This document shows positions 12,901-24,743 of a stretch of DNA of 64,000 bases, piece after piece. Within the stretch, counting starts at the first letter, position 1, and the number at the start of each line of letters is the position of its first letter. The position numbers were made by a program, and so were the translations under genes. The notes under the pieces are model-generated. The model saw nothing but the letters and a program-made list of their open reading frames with translations, did not search any database and was not told the origin of the DNA. This DNA is from Cladosporium halotolerans (lineage: Eukaryota), in assembly GCF_011745625.1 (NCBI RefSeq), contig NW_027191468.1:1-64000 (forward strand), written 5' to 3'.

Positions 12901-15300
12901 ATTTGATCAACGAGAACCCTGGTCTGGACATCTCGAAGGACTTCAACGCACTGAGCAACATCACCATGCGTGAGAACGCCAGGAATTGCTTCAAGAATGC
13001 TTTCAAGGCCGGCATTCCTGACTTCCGCGACTCCGCAAAATGCCAGGTCAACAACTACATTCTTCTCGCGTTCACGATCATTCTGTGTACGGTCATCGTC
13101 ATGAAGTTCCTTGCTGCCCTCCAACTTGGTTCCAAGAACCGGCCTGCTGCACAGGACAAATTCGTCATCTGCCAAGTTCCTGCTTACACCGAGGGTGAAG
13201 ACTCGCTCCGAAAGGGTCTCGATTCGCTGACTGCTCTGGCCTACGATAACAAGAGAAAGCTGATTTGCGTCATTTGCGATGGTATGATCGTCGGTGGTGG
13301 CAACGATAGACCCACTCCCAAGATTGTCCTCGACGTGCTTGGTGTCGACCCCAAGATCGACCCGCCTGCCCTCCCCTTCAAATCCGTCGGCAACGGCAGC
13401 GAGCAACTCAACTACGGCAAAGTCTACTCCGGTTTGTACGAGTACGAGGGCAACGTCGTGCCGTACCTCGTCGTGGTCAAGGTGGGCAAGGAGTCCGAGC
13501 AGACCAAGTCCAAGCCCGGCAACCGCGGCAAGCGTGACAGTCAGATCCTCCTCATGAACTTCCTGAACCGCGTCCACCACCGCTCTCCCATGAGTCCGTT
13601 GGAGTTGGAGATGTTCCACCAGATCAACAACATCATTGGCGTTGACCCGGAGCTCTACGAATACCTGTTCATGGTCGACGCCGACACCAAGGTCAAGGAA
13701 GATTCGCTCAACCGACTTGTTGCCGCTTGTGCCAACGACGCGAAGATCGCCGGTATTTGTGGTGAGACCTCTCTTGAGAACGAGGACAAGAGTTGGTGGA
13801 CCATGATGCAGGTCTACGAATACTACATCTCCCACAACTTGGCTAAGGCTTTCGAGAGCTTGTTCGGCAGTGTCACTTGTTTGCCCGGATGGTGAGTGCG
13901 AACCACGTCAGACGTTCCCTATTCATACTGACCGATTTCACAGTTTCTGTATGTACAGACTCCGAACGGCGGACAAGGGACGACCTCTCATTATCTCCGA
14001 CAAGATGATTAACGATTATGCTATCAACAACCTGGACACCCTGCACAAGAAGAACCTGCTGTCTCTCGGTGAGGATCGTTACCTCACCACTTTAATGCTT
14101 AAGCACTTCCCCACGACGACCTATAAGTTCGTCGCCGATGCATACGCGCTCACAGAAGCACCGGATGAGTGGAGTGTCTTGCTCTCCCAAAGGCGTCGCT
14201 GGATCAACTCGACAATTCACAACTTGGCTGAGCTGGTCTGGATCAAGGATCTCTGTGGCTTCTGTTGCTTTAGTATGCGCTTCGTTGTCTTCATCGATCT
14301 GATGGGTACCATCATCCTGCCGGCTACCTGCGCTTACCTTGGATACCTGATCTACCGCGTTGCCTCCGGAAAAGGCCAGTTCCCGTTGATCTCGATCATC
14401 ATGATTGCAGGTGTCTACGGTCTGCAGGCGGTCATTTTCATCATCAAGAGACAGTGGCAGCACATTGGATGGATGATTATCTACATCATCGCGTATCCGA
14501 TCTACTCCTTCGTCCTCCCGGTCTATTCATTCTGGAAGCAGGACGACTTCTCTTGGGGCAACACTCGTGTTGTCATTGGCGAGAAGGGCAACAAGCAGAT
14601 AGTCGCTGTCGATGACGAAGGCTTCGACCCGCGCTCCATCCCTCTCCAGCGCTGGGACGACTACGCCCTGGCCAACAATCTGCCCGGCCGCCGCGGCATG
14701 CCGATGGAGAAGGGCGACGCAATGTACAACGACCAGCCGTACGGCGCCGCCGGCTACGAGATGGACGACATCCACTCCGTCTACTCCTCCGCGAAGCCCG
14801 CCTCGACCATCCTCACCGGCTTCCCGCAGCAGCAATTCTACCGCCCACCGACCCAGTCCCCCGGGCCCTACAACGCCCTCAACCGCCAGAGCACCTACTC
14901 CCGCTACACCGACAACCCCATGGCCGAGCAGCACCAGCGCCTCATGTCCACCGGCAACCTCAGCGACGTCTACCGCCTGCAGTCCCAGGACAACCTGACC
15001 GCCATGGGCGGCCCGTCGCCCCCAATGCAGCAGCAGCAGTTCGGCGGGCAGCGCTCGCTCTCGCCGTACGCGCACTCGCGCCCGGCCTCCACCAACAACC
15101 TCGCGGGCTTCCAGTCGCAGGGCCCCAGCAACGAGACCATCGCGCACGCCATCCGCGAGTGTCTGGCCGAGGTCGACCTCGACACCGTCACGAAGAAGCA
15201 GCTGAAGGCGCTCGCGGAGCAGAAGCTGCAGTGCCAGCTTGCGGGCGACCGCAGGGCGTTTTTGGACAGCCAGATTGATCTCGAGTTGGCGAATATGTAA
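9920..15300 (+). CDS. csmB: class VII chitin synthase (short myosin-like domain without P-loop)
   Basis: Exons 9920-10227, 10283-13891, 13944-15300. Motifs MVDAD, LGEDRYL, QRRRW; DEK_C at the C-terminus; degenerate myosin head; head-to-head with the class V gene. Confidence 0.95.
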
Positions 15301-15647
15301 TTTGGTGGAGCGTGGCGGTCTTTTCGTACGATTGATTAATCGAGATGCGTCTCGCGATTCTGTCTTTTGGTGTAATGGTTGCGATGGGGGATGGAGGGTT
15401 GGGATAAGGGGAGGGGAGGCGAAGTCTCTTGTATAAAAAAGCTACTACTATCACGGAGTTACTTTTGGATCGAGCGGTGTTTTGATGGATTGGTTTTTAG
15501 TTTTTCCATAGCTAGCGATTTTTCAAAGCAAGAACGACTTGAACTAGAGCAGTATTCGTCTAGCATCCCAATTTCCTCTCGCAAACCACTCCAAATCTCC
15601 ATTGACCTCCTCTTTCAATCACACAAACCCGAGCAACACTTTCGCAC

Positions 15648-18506
15648 TCACTCAGCATTCTTAATTCCCTCCAACGCCTCCGCCAACCTCTCCCACCCCT
15701 CCGTCTCCCCCCAACACTCCCTGCCCTTATTCATGACACCCCTAACCGCACTCCTCGCCTTAAACTTCCAGTCCTTCGCCACCAGCTCCTCGCCAGCCCC
15801 CATCCCCTCCGTGCGCTCCATGGGCCCAAACGACTCGTACGAGTCGCACAACCGCACCGTAGCCTCCACAACCCCCTCCCAAGCCTTCTCGCTCTCGGCC
15901 TCCCAGCCCGGCTGCGCCGTCACCGCCCGCCACGCCTTCTCCTCCGCCTCCAGCGCGCTGGCCGGCTTGCGGCGCCACAGCGCGAGCTTGCTCACGAGCC
16001 GCCAGAGCGGCGCCGAGGCCGTGATGAGCGGCACGACGGCGTCGTCGACGAAGCGCACGAGCATCCTCGCGAGACCTGGCGCCGCGGGGTCGTAGACGTC
16101 GTTGGCGGCGATGACGTGCGAGGCCAGCGCTTGCAGGACGGCGACGTCGAGGCAGGACTCGCCGTCGGTTTTGGCGCGGAGCGACACGATGCGCTGCTGC
16201 GCGGCGAGCATGGAGCCGTAGTCGGGCGGCGACAGCGAGGCGGCGACGGTGAGCACGTTGTCCCAGATGCGGAAGGAGTCGTGCTTGAGGGTCGCGGCGC
16301 GCTTGAGGGCGCTGAGGGCGTCGAGGCGGGTTGTTTGCGCGGCTGCTTGGAGCTCTTTGCTCGGGTCGGTGGGCGGGAGGGCTTCTTCGTCGTCGTCGAG
16401 GGTGGGGTGGGAGGAGGCGGAGGCCGCAGCGGCGGCGGCGAGTTTGGCTTCGGGGTCGGTGCGCATGAGGGCGGCGGCGAGGTTGGACCAGGACTCGGCG
16501 TCGGAGTCGTCGAGCTGGACGCAGCGGGTGAAGGCTTCGACGGCGCGGTCGAACTGGGAGAGCTCGAGGAGGGTGCAGCCGAAGGCGAACCAGCTGGGCT
16601 GGTTGAGCTGGTCGACGGTGATGGCGCGGCTGTAGGCCAGGGCTGCCTTGACGTAGTCGTTGGCTGCGATGTAGTGTCTGCCTATGGAGCGCTGGGCGCG
16701 GGCGTAGCGCTTGTTGGAGACCTCCCAGGCCTTCTCCCACATCTCAACGGAGGAGTCGAGATCGCCGAGGATGCAGTAGAGACGGGGTGCGTCGAGGGGT
16801 GCGGGATCGCGAGGCGGGCCCTCCCACTTCTCATCGTCGGCCGGCTCGTCATCTGAGCCGCCGTCTGTAGCATGGAAAAGCTGTCGGCGGGCGACTGCTC
16901 GAGCTTTGTCTTCACGTTCTGTGGCAGCCCAGCAGAGCGCGGCTTCTGCCCACATCTCGAGACGCTGGTAGATGTCCAATGCAGACCTCAGACCTCCTAG
17001 CGACACCCAGCGGGATGCCAGCTCAGCCTCCAGATCCCATCTTGTGGGCGAGGCGAGCTGGAAGATATACTGAAGGCGCTCGGTGACGGACGCACTCTCT
17101 GACTCCTTTGCCTTTGGTAAGAAAGTACTCGCGGCAGCTTCGCCTTCTTGGCTCAGAGCGCCGCCTTCGATTGTTGCTGTCTCTGCGATGACCTGGTCGA
17201 CTAGAGCTTGGAGTTGCAGAAGGCCACGCTCTACGGTGCGTGATTTGTAGCCTTCGATGCGACTTCGGACAAGCAGAGCCTGTGTGTATACCTGCCAGTT
17301 GGAGCTTCCGCCTTCCAGCACGCGGGTGGCGTACGGGAGAGTTTCTTCTCGGGTGAGACCGTTTTCAGGGGCAGTGTTCTTGATGGATGAAGCGAGCGAG
17401 AGCAAGATGCTCGAGTCCAGAGGCTGCAGCTTCGGCTGATCTGACGGGTCGAGGTCTGCGAGCTCTTGTGGGAGATCGGAAGCTGCCTGAATGTCTGACG
17501 AATTCTCATTCTTTTTGGAGAAGGAGATAGACTCCAGAAGTGTGTCGTCGTTGAGATCCAGGTTATCAGGTCCGCTCGGTGCAGTCGCACCGGCTTGTGC
17601 GTCTTCTGCAGCCGCAGGTGTCTCTGATTTCTCGGTCTTCTCACCAGAGGCTGGTGTCTCTGCACTCTTTGCCAGAACTACCAACTGACTAGTCTCTTTC
17701 TGCTGGAATTTCGTCCTCTTGCCCATTAGACCTGTCAGAGCAAATTTGAAGCCTCGATCCTTGGTTGCCTTGTCGATGTCTTCCCGGGCGAATTTGTCAA
17801 GGCCATGATGAGTGTGAATTGTCGAGCGTTCGAGCACAAATTCTGCTTCGGCTTGCTCGTCAAAATCGCTCGCTCCCTTCTCAGCCTCCAACTCGTCTGC
17901 TACCATGCCCACGTCGTCGTAGATCACGTTCTGAAGAGTTGTCGAGGGCTCCGACAAGAGTCTCTGGTGCATGAATTTGACTCGGAGTTTCGCCCATCTT
18001 GCTACTTTGACATTCTTCAGAATTGCAGGAGACGTGAAAATTGCATCAGCGAGACACAGCAGCTCGACGTTCGGTGTAAGCTTGTAAGCTGCGATACCGT
18101 CCAGACTGAGGCCTGCCAGCAACGATTGTCGTGTCTCGCGGGTCTTTTTCGTGTTGGAAGAAATGTCCTCCGGGAACAATGTCTTCGCGGAGTTGAATGG
18201 TAACGGAGGCCCAGTTACGTTGGACTGCAGGAAAGCCAAGAGTGCTGCATATCCGATGCAAAAGTAGATAACCTGGGTTTCTGGTTTCGAACGATCCGAG
18301 AGCAAAGAACCAAGTCGCTGAAAGATGACACCGCTCCAAGTCGAAGAGTCCTGGCCGGTTGTTTGAATCTGAAATAATTCCTGTGCTTCGGTAGATTTTA
18401 AGATCGACTCATATTCGCCTTTTTCAAGATTTGCCAGGTGCTGTTCGGCAAGCGTAGCAACCTCGCCCGGAAGCGATTTGCGTAGTTGGCGCAACAATGC
18501 CTCCAT
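15648..18506 (-). CDS. EMW1: TPR protein, EMW1/TTC27 family
   Basis: 952-aa intronless ORF with AFLQSNVTGP, LTGLMGKRTKFQQ, NWQVYTQALLVRSRIE and C-terminal TPR repeats. Confidence 0.88.
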   Translation of the reverse strand: MEALLRQLRKSLPGEVATLAEQHLANLEKGEYESILKSTEAQELFQIQTTGQDSSTWSGVIFQRLGSLLSDRSKPETQVIYFCIGYAALLAFLQSNVTGPPLPFNSAKTLFPEDISSNTKKTRETRQSLLAGLSLDGIAAYKLTPNVELLCLADAIFTSPAILKNVKVARWAKLRVKFMHQRLLSEPSTTLQNVIYDDVGMVADELEAEKGASDFDEQAEAEFVLERSTIHTHHGLDKFAREDIDKATKDRGFKFALTGLMGKRTKFQQKETSQLVVLAKSAETPASGEKTEKSETPAAAEDAQAGATAPSGPDNLDLNDDTLLESISFSKKNENSSDIQAASDLPQELADLDPSDQPKLQPLDSSILLSLASSIKNTAPENGLTREETLPYATRVLEGGSSNWQVYTQALLVRSRIEGYKSRTVERGLLQLQALVDQVIAETATIEGGALSQEGEAAASTFLPKAKESESASVTERLQYIFQLASPTRWDLEAELASRWVSLGGLRSALDIYQRLEMWAEAALCWAATEREDKARAVARRQLFHATDGGSDDEPADDEKWEGPPRDPAPLDAPRLYCILGDLDSSVEMWEKAWEVSNKRYARAQRSIGRHYIAANDYVKAALAYSRAITVDQLNQPSWFAFGCTLLELSQFDRAVEAFTRCVQLDDSDAESWSNLAAALMRTDPEAKLAAAAAASASSHPTLDDDEEALPPTDPSKELQAAAQTTRLDALSALKRAATLKHDSFRIWDNVLTVAASLSPPDYGSMLAAQQRIVSLRAKTDGESCLDVAVLQALASHVIAANDVYDPAAPGLARMLVRFVDDAVVPLITASAPLWRLVSKLALWRRKPASALEAEEKAWRAVTAQPGWEAESEKAWEGVVEATVRLCDSYESFGPMERTEGMGAGEELVAKDWKFKARSAVRGVMNKGRECWGETEGWERLAEALEGIKNAE

Positions 18507-19167
18507 TGTGATTCAATAAATAAATCGCACGTGAGTTGCTTCAGCCAACACCACTCATTGACGACTATTTTTCGTCTTCACTTACTGCCCAATCGAGAAG
18601 GTTCGCTAACGCCAAGCGGCTAGCGGGGCCTGCATAAAGTTCCCCGCCGATGTGCATGCATCTCCCATTTGTGAGGCTTGGAGGCGCTTCACATGCGTCA
18701 GACGGCATGTCATATGTTACGGCTGGCTGTTGTCGAGGCATGTGAACGAAGACGTTACGCTTGAGAGCATCCGCACTGTGTGGACAGATATGATCGTGGA
18801 AAAGACAACGTCACGTGTTGCACGAAGCTCGGCCAGACAAGGTTGACGTCGGCGCGCTTCCTTCAGCACATGCTGCCTGCCATGTGCCTGGCTGATGTGG
18901 GGGCGGCGAGTCTCGAGTCTCGGTCCTGCCATCCCAGAGCCTCACTACCGCCTGCGACACCGCGCGCGCGGTGGCAGCCTCTTTTCACTTCAGCTACACC
19001 ACTTCCACCTGAGGCTGGAACTCGTGATCGCAGAAGTGAAGGCTGCTATCCCTTCATGTGCCATGTCATTCCCCCGCTAGCCATAAAGCGCATCCGTCAT
19101 CCACCTACATCGAACCGCAACCTCCCTTCCGACAACACCTCTACACACGCTCCACTCACACGCAGCC

Positions 19168-20052
19168 ATGCCGGCAGATACGGATACCCCGCTCTCCTAC
19201 CCTCACAGAAACGACGACTATGCCTACCGTGTACCCACGCCTCCTCGCATCGTAGTCCCTCCGCCCGCCCTCAATGAGGACGCCTTGCCCGACATTCACC
19301 TAGGCGCCTCCTCAGTCCTTCCCACGCCTGGCGATGCCTACACGAACCTCATAACCACCAACGCAGTCTTCGAATGGACCTACGAGCGTCGGCGCGAGGC
19401 ACAAATGGTCCTGCCCTACCTCTACCTCGGACCCATGAACGCCGCGAAAGACGAAGCATTCTTGAGCAAAGAGGGAATCACAATGGTGCTGGGAGTCAGG
19501 CAAAAGCACGAATTCACGTCCAAGCTCATGGACGGCGCGCTGAGGCGCACAAGAGCGGCGGGACTTGAAGCGAATACCGTGGACCTCGCCAACAACCAGG
19601 ACCTCATCCACTCGTTCCCCGAGACTACGACGATGATCAATTCCCACTTGAGGCGCATTCACGACGCCCAGGGAAAGCTGGGTAAAGTGCTCGTCTTCTG
19701 CGAGTCCGGCAATGAGCGCAGCGCCGGCGTGATCGCGGCCTATCTCATGGAAACGCACGAGGACGTGGATTATATCAAAGCCATGCAGCTGTGTCAGGCG
19801 CAGCGATTCTGCGTCAACTTCGATGATGCCATGAAGCGCGTCCTGCAAGGGTACTGGGACATTCTCTGCGCCAGGAAATCGGTGGCTGAGAACGCTCGCG
19901 CGAGTGGCCAGGGCTTCCAGCCGCTCAGCTCAGTGAAGAGCAAAAGAGGCCTTGAGAGAGACGAAGACGAAGACATGGAGGGCATGCAGGTTGACGATAT
20001 GGAGAGGTTCGGCGGCAGGACTTTCACTCCGTTCGCGGACATGCCGCTGTGA
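19168..20052 (+). CDS. dual-specificity phosphatase-fold protein (STYX-like fungal family)
   Basis: 294 aa; WTYERRREAQMVLPYLYLGP, GKVLVFCESGNERSAGVIAAYLM (CX5R), QAQRFCV. Confidence 0.85.
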   Translation: MPADTDTPLSYPHRNDDYAYRVPTPPRIVVPPPALNEDALPDIHLGASSVLPTPGDAYTNLITTNAVFEWTYERRREAQMVLPYLYLGPMNAAKDEAFLSKEGITMVLGVRQKHEFTSKLMDGALRRTRAAGLEANTVDLANNQDLIHSFPETTTMINSHLRRIHDAQGKLGKVLVFCESGNERSAGVIAAYLMETHEDVDYIKAMQLCQAQRFCVNFDDAMKRVLQGYWDILCARKSVAENARASGQGFQPLSSVKSKRGLERDEDEDMEGMQVDDMERFGGRTFTPFADMPL

Positions 20053-20503
20053 AGCCTCCATTTTGCATTCACTTGGACAAATGGGATCTACGGCGTATGC
20101 GGTCATTTGGAACGATGCATTGCTTTGGCGTTAACGGAGAGGGCGTATTGAGTGAACTACATGATACCCTGGTGCGATGGTAATTGATTGGTTGAACGAG
20201 CGGCTCGTTTGACACTCATTTTGGCTTTATTTTGCTCGCAAACTGGACACGTCACTCAGAAATCGATGCATAGCAAGTTCATAGTGGTTCCAGTCAATGA
20301 CATCCTGAAACACGTGCACAGTCGATCATAGTCGTGAAGAAGTCAACGGTGAAATCGGCACAGCAAGCCACTCCCCCCGTCTCCAGCCCCAGGCGGGCCC
20401 ACGTCACCGGTTCTAGAGCCCAGCTCACCTCCGTAAACGCACCTGCACAGCCATTGCGAACGCACTCCCTCCTACCACACAAACCCCCTCACTCACATCC
20501 ACC

Positions 20504-21727
20504 ATGGCACCGGCAAAACGCATAGAACAGTGGGAAGTCGAGCGATACTGGGAGATCTTCTCCTCGCTGTCCGGCGGCGGGCAGCACCTGAACGGCGCGC
20601 AAGCGGCCAGTGTGCTCAAGAACTCGCAGCTCCGCGACGACCAGCTCGAGAAGATCTGGGACCTGGCGGACGTCGACAACGACGGCAACCTGGACTTCGA
20701 GGAGTTCTGCGTCGCCATGCGCCTGATCTACGACCTCATGAACGGCGAGTCGCTCGACGTCCCCGCCTCCCTCCCCGACTGGCTCGTTCCGGAGTCCAAA
20801 GCCCACCTCGTCCAGGCCTCCCGCGCCGTCACCGGCGGCGGCGAGCACTTCGAGCGGCCCGAGGAGGACTACGACGACGACGGGCTGGCGCTCAAGGACG
20901 GCTTCGACTGGTACATGTCGCCGGCGGACAAGGCCAAGTACGAGGCGATCTACTCCGAGGCGCGGACGGGGCGCGACGGCCGCGTGGCCTTCGAGGCCCT
21001 GCAGGACCTGTACGACAGCCTCGACGTGCCGGACACGGACGTGCACAGCGCGTGGAACCTCGTGAACCCCAAGAGCGCCCCCGGCGTCAACAAGGACGCC
21101 TGCCTGGCCTTCCTGCACATGCTGAACAACCGGCACGAGGGCTACCGCATCCCGCGCAGCGTGCCGCCGAGCCTGCGCGCGACGTTCGAGCAAGGGCAGA
21201 TCGATTACAATCTTGATGCGCAGCGAACGGCGGCGGACCGGTGGGACGCGAAGAGGGATGATAGCACGCTTTCGGGGCGCAAGGCCAAGTTCGGCGACTC
21301 GTACTTGTCGCGGCTGGGCGTGGGCGAGCGCAAGCCGAAGGGGACGGATTTCTCGAGCACGCCGCGGGACGCGGAGTGGGAGGAGGTGCGGTTGAAGAAG
21401 CAGCTACGGGAGATCGAGGAGAAGATGGGTAAGGTGGAGGAGGCGGCGAAGAGGCGGCGGGACAGGGGCGGGCGGCGCGAGGACTCGAGGCCTGCGCTGG
21501 TGAAGCGCGAGCTGGAGCAGTTGTTGGATTACAAGAGGCGGGAGCTGAGGGAGTTGGAAGCTGGGGAGGGGAAGGCGAAGACAGGGCAGGGGCTGAAAGG
21601 TATGGCGGATGAGATTGCGATGGTCAAGGAGCAGGTTGATGGGCTGCAGTCGCATTTGAGGAAGAGAGAGGAGGTGCTGCAAGATTTGCGGGATCAGATT
21701 GAGGCGGAGAAGGCGGGCGGGCGATGA
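20504..21727 (+). CDS. END3: EH-domain endocytosis/actin regulatory protein End3
   Basis: 407 aa; [15 protein letters not shown]-hand [16 protein letters not shown], second EH domain, C-terminal coiled coil. Confidence 0.93.
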   Translation: MAPAKRIEQWEVERYWEIFSSLSGGGQHLNGAQAASVLKNSQLRDDQLEKIWDLADVDNDGNLDFEEFCVAMRLIYDLMNGESLDVPASLPDWLVPESKAHLVQASRAVTGGGEHFERPEEDYDDDGLALKDGFDWYMSPADKAKYEAIYSEARTGRDGRVAFEALQDLYDSLDVPDTDVHSAWNLVNPKSAPGVNKDACLAFLHMLNNRHEGYRIPRSVPPSLRATFEQGQIDYNLDAQRTAADRWDAKRDDSTLSGRKAKFGDSYLSRLGVGERKPKGTDFSSTPRDAEWEEVRLKKQLREIEEKMGKVEEAAKRRRDRGGRREDSRPALVKRELEQLLDYKRRELRELEAGEGKAKTGQGLKGMADEIAMVKEQVDGLQSHLRKREEVLQDLRDQIEAEKAGGR

Positions 21728-21945
21728 GGATAGAGAGTGGAAGAGACAAGTGCATTTTGAGCGAGAATGTATTCGCCGCACAAAGGCAGGAATGTTATTG
21801 CTACGCGGTAGACGAAAGACAATCAAGAAAGCGTGTAGATACCCCTGAGCTGTCTTGAGGAGAGAACAAGCAATGCAAACGCTATGGTGGTGTATCATAT
21901 ATGCCAAATGCTACAATGCTTTAATCTCAGCCACCTTTTATATCT

Positions 21946-24743
21946 TCACCGTGGCTCGACAGCCCCAGCGTCCCCGCCAAAAGAGTCCTGCTCCGGCTGG
22001 GTGACAGGCCTCTTCGTCGGGCTGCTAATACCAGTGATACTGCCCGCAGGACTCGCCCTCGCGCTCTCCGTCCACAGACTCAACGTTTCCTCCCTTTCAC
22101 TCATCTTCAGCGCTTCGCCGACACTGCGCAAGAAGTACCTTTCTCCACCACACACCTCCACAATCCCACTCACGTCCATCAGCCGCCAGACCTCCGAGCG
22201 CTTGCTGGGAATGCGGGAAAAGTATACGCGAGTGCCGCGCTCGATGTACGACGATACGATCTCGAGCAGAACCTGGCAAGCGGCGGGGTCGAGGGCGGTG
22301 ACGCCGTGGATGTCGAAGATGATGTGGCGGTTGTGTTCGGGTCGGCGCACCTTGGGCAACGCAGGGTGTGCCGCGTTGGTACCGTGGTCCTCGAGCCGGC
22401 GCAGCCGGTCCTTCAGGCTGCCGGTGTTGGCGAAGGTCAGCGGCTCCGGGATCTTGACGATCAGACAATGCGGCGCGTACTCCAGAGCGTCTGGGTCGGT
22501 CTCGGCGTTCTCGAACTCCTGTGTGCCTGGCACGCGGCCCAAGATTTGGATGCGTGGACGTGTGGAGTGGCGGAGCAGGCGCAGGAGCGAGAGGCCGATG
22601 CCGACTGCGATGCCGATGCGGAGATTCCAGAAGAAGGTTGTGAGGAAGATGAGGGTCATGAGGAAGAGCTCCGAATAGCCGGAGATGCGCCAGAAGAAGT
22701 GAATGTCGTGGGGTGCTTCTTCTATGAGGGAGTATGCTACCACAGAAATCATGGCAGAAAGGACGGCTTTCTGTGTGAGAAGGCTGTGTCAGCAGCCATG
22801 TTGTCTTTCGGGGAGCCTTATCGCGACTTACCGGAATGTAGTAAAAGTAAGGCAGCAGAAACATAACACAGAAGACGGTAATAAGACTCAGGAAGACCGA
22901 GCTCATCGGCGTCTTACCACCGGTGCTTGCGTTGACCTTGCTGCGCCCGTAGCCTCCAAATGCAGGAATCGACATGAAGAGTCCACCGACAATATTAGCC
23001 ACGCCCAGAGCGACGAGCTCTCGATTTGCGGACACGGTGACGTTCGTGATGCCTTCTGGCTCTTCAACTTCTGTGCCGTCTGCCTTCACAACCTTCTTGG
23101 TCTTAACAGTACCGGTGGGAAGCGATTTGGCTGCGACGCTTGACTCGAAGAAGCCGAGCAAGGCAATCAGGAAAGATGTCGAGAAGGCGTCGTTCACGTG
23201 CTTGAAGTTGTCGGAGTCGAAAGGAAAATGCGCCTGGAAAGGTGCACCTTTTGCTTTGATGTTTCCAAGAATGTCAAGACCCTGCTTGTCCCAACCACAT
23301 CTCCACGTGAGGACTGCAGATAATACGACGACCAGAAATCGATCTGGAATGTAAGCGACCCATGGTGCTCTAGGTTGCAGCCGTTTCTTGATCTCGCGGA
23401 GGACCATCACAATGGCGAACGCGCCGAAAGCGACCGCGCAAGTAATCTTGCTCGCTTCAGAGGAATGCCGGAACAGAAACATGATCTTGTCCAAGCTACT
23501 TCCATGTGCTGCGGAAGTGGAGTGTGCGGCTGCAGTGTCAAGGCCCATCTCGGGGATGAGCTGATCGACGAAGATCACAACGCCGATAGCGCTAATAAAG
23601 CCGCGCAAAAATGGGCGACTGAGGACAGAGTCGAGAAAGCCAAGTCTGCAGAGTCCGGCGACAAGAATAAAAGCTCCTGCAAGACCAGTTACCATGCCTG
23701 CCACTTGTGCGTTCCTGTGGCCTGCCTTGTCCCGATGGTGGCCCGCATTGATGGCTTCGCGGACGACTTGGCCTGTCAGCAATGAGCCAGCCGCTTCCGG
23801 TCCGACCACCATCTGCGGGCAGGTTCCGAGAAGCGCGTAGATCAGAGGATTGAATACGAAGGAGTAGAGGCCGTTAATGGGTGGTATATGTGCAAGATTA
23901 GAGGCGTAAGATAGTGACATCGGAATGTAAAAGCTGGCCATGGTGAGGGCTGCGATCAGATCACCCTGCACAAACGACCATCGATACTGACGGATCCAAT
24001 TCGTAGAAGGAAGATAGTACAGCAAGTACCTGCCTCAGAATCAGTATTGAATTTGACAGACGTGTTGGAGGAGTTGAGGAGAAACAGGGACTTCCAACCG
24101 AGTTCACGTACATCATCTTTGAGTGCTTGATATCGTGCCGTTTTGCGAGATACTGTGTCGTGCTCATCTGCGTGCTGTCTCTTGGCATGAGCGAATCTGC
24201 CAAAGCATCTCCAAAGATCCCATGCATGCTGTCACCGCTGCCTCCAACCCCCGGCCCATAGGATCCCTCTGTGTAGCTGCCTGCGTGACCATCCGCGGAA
24301 GTGACGCTGGGAGCAAAGCTACCGTAACCTCTGTGATGCCGGGGCCGTGGACTGATGTTTCCGTGGTTGCAGTTCTCCTCATCGCAGTTTGCATGCGCGG
24401 GTATGCTGTATTTGTTTGCCTCACCCAGCAGCCTTGTGCGGGCGCTGGGTTCTGGCTCCTCTATTGCACCCTCAACATTCATGCTCGAGGGCTCTGATTG
24501 AAGAGGCGCGCCTTCAAGGATTTGCGCAGCGCTTCCGGCGGTCAAATTCGCTGCGTTGTTCTCGCGCATGCGCTCAAGCATGCTAGGGTTTCTGCGATCC
24601 TCTGGAGACTCCGGAGGCATATGCGCCTGCCTCAGACCGGATGGATTCGTAGGACGGTGCTGGTTGGTCTGGAAGTGGGAGGATGAAGAACCAGCGCGCG
24701 ACCTCACGGTCTCGCCCGCTCGAGAAGGGTTGTTGTTCGCCAT
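21946..24743 (-). CDS. SLC26/SulP sulfate-anion transporter with STAS domain
   Basis: Exons 24743-24112, 24029-22832, 22770-21946. GDLIAALTMAS..IPMSLSYA, GPEAAGS, NRELVALG..N, GGYGRSKVN, STAS motif PLTFAN. Confidence 0.92.
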
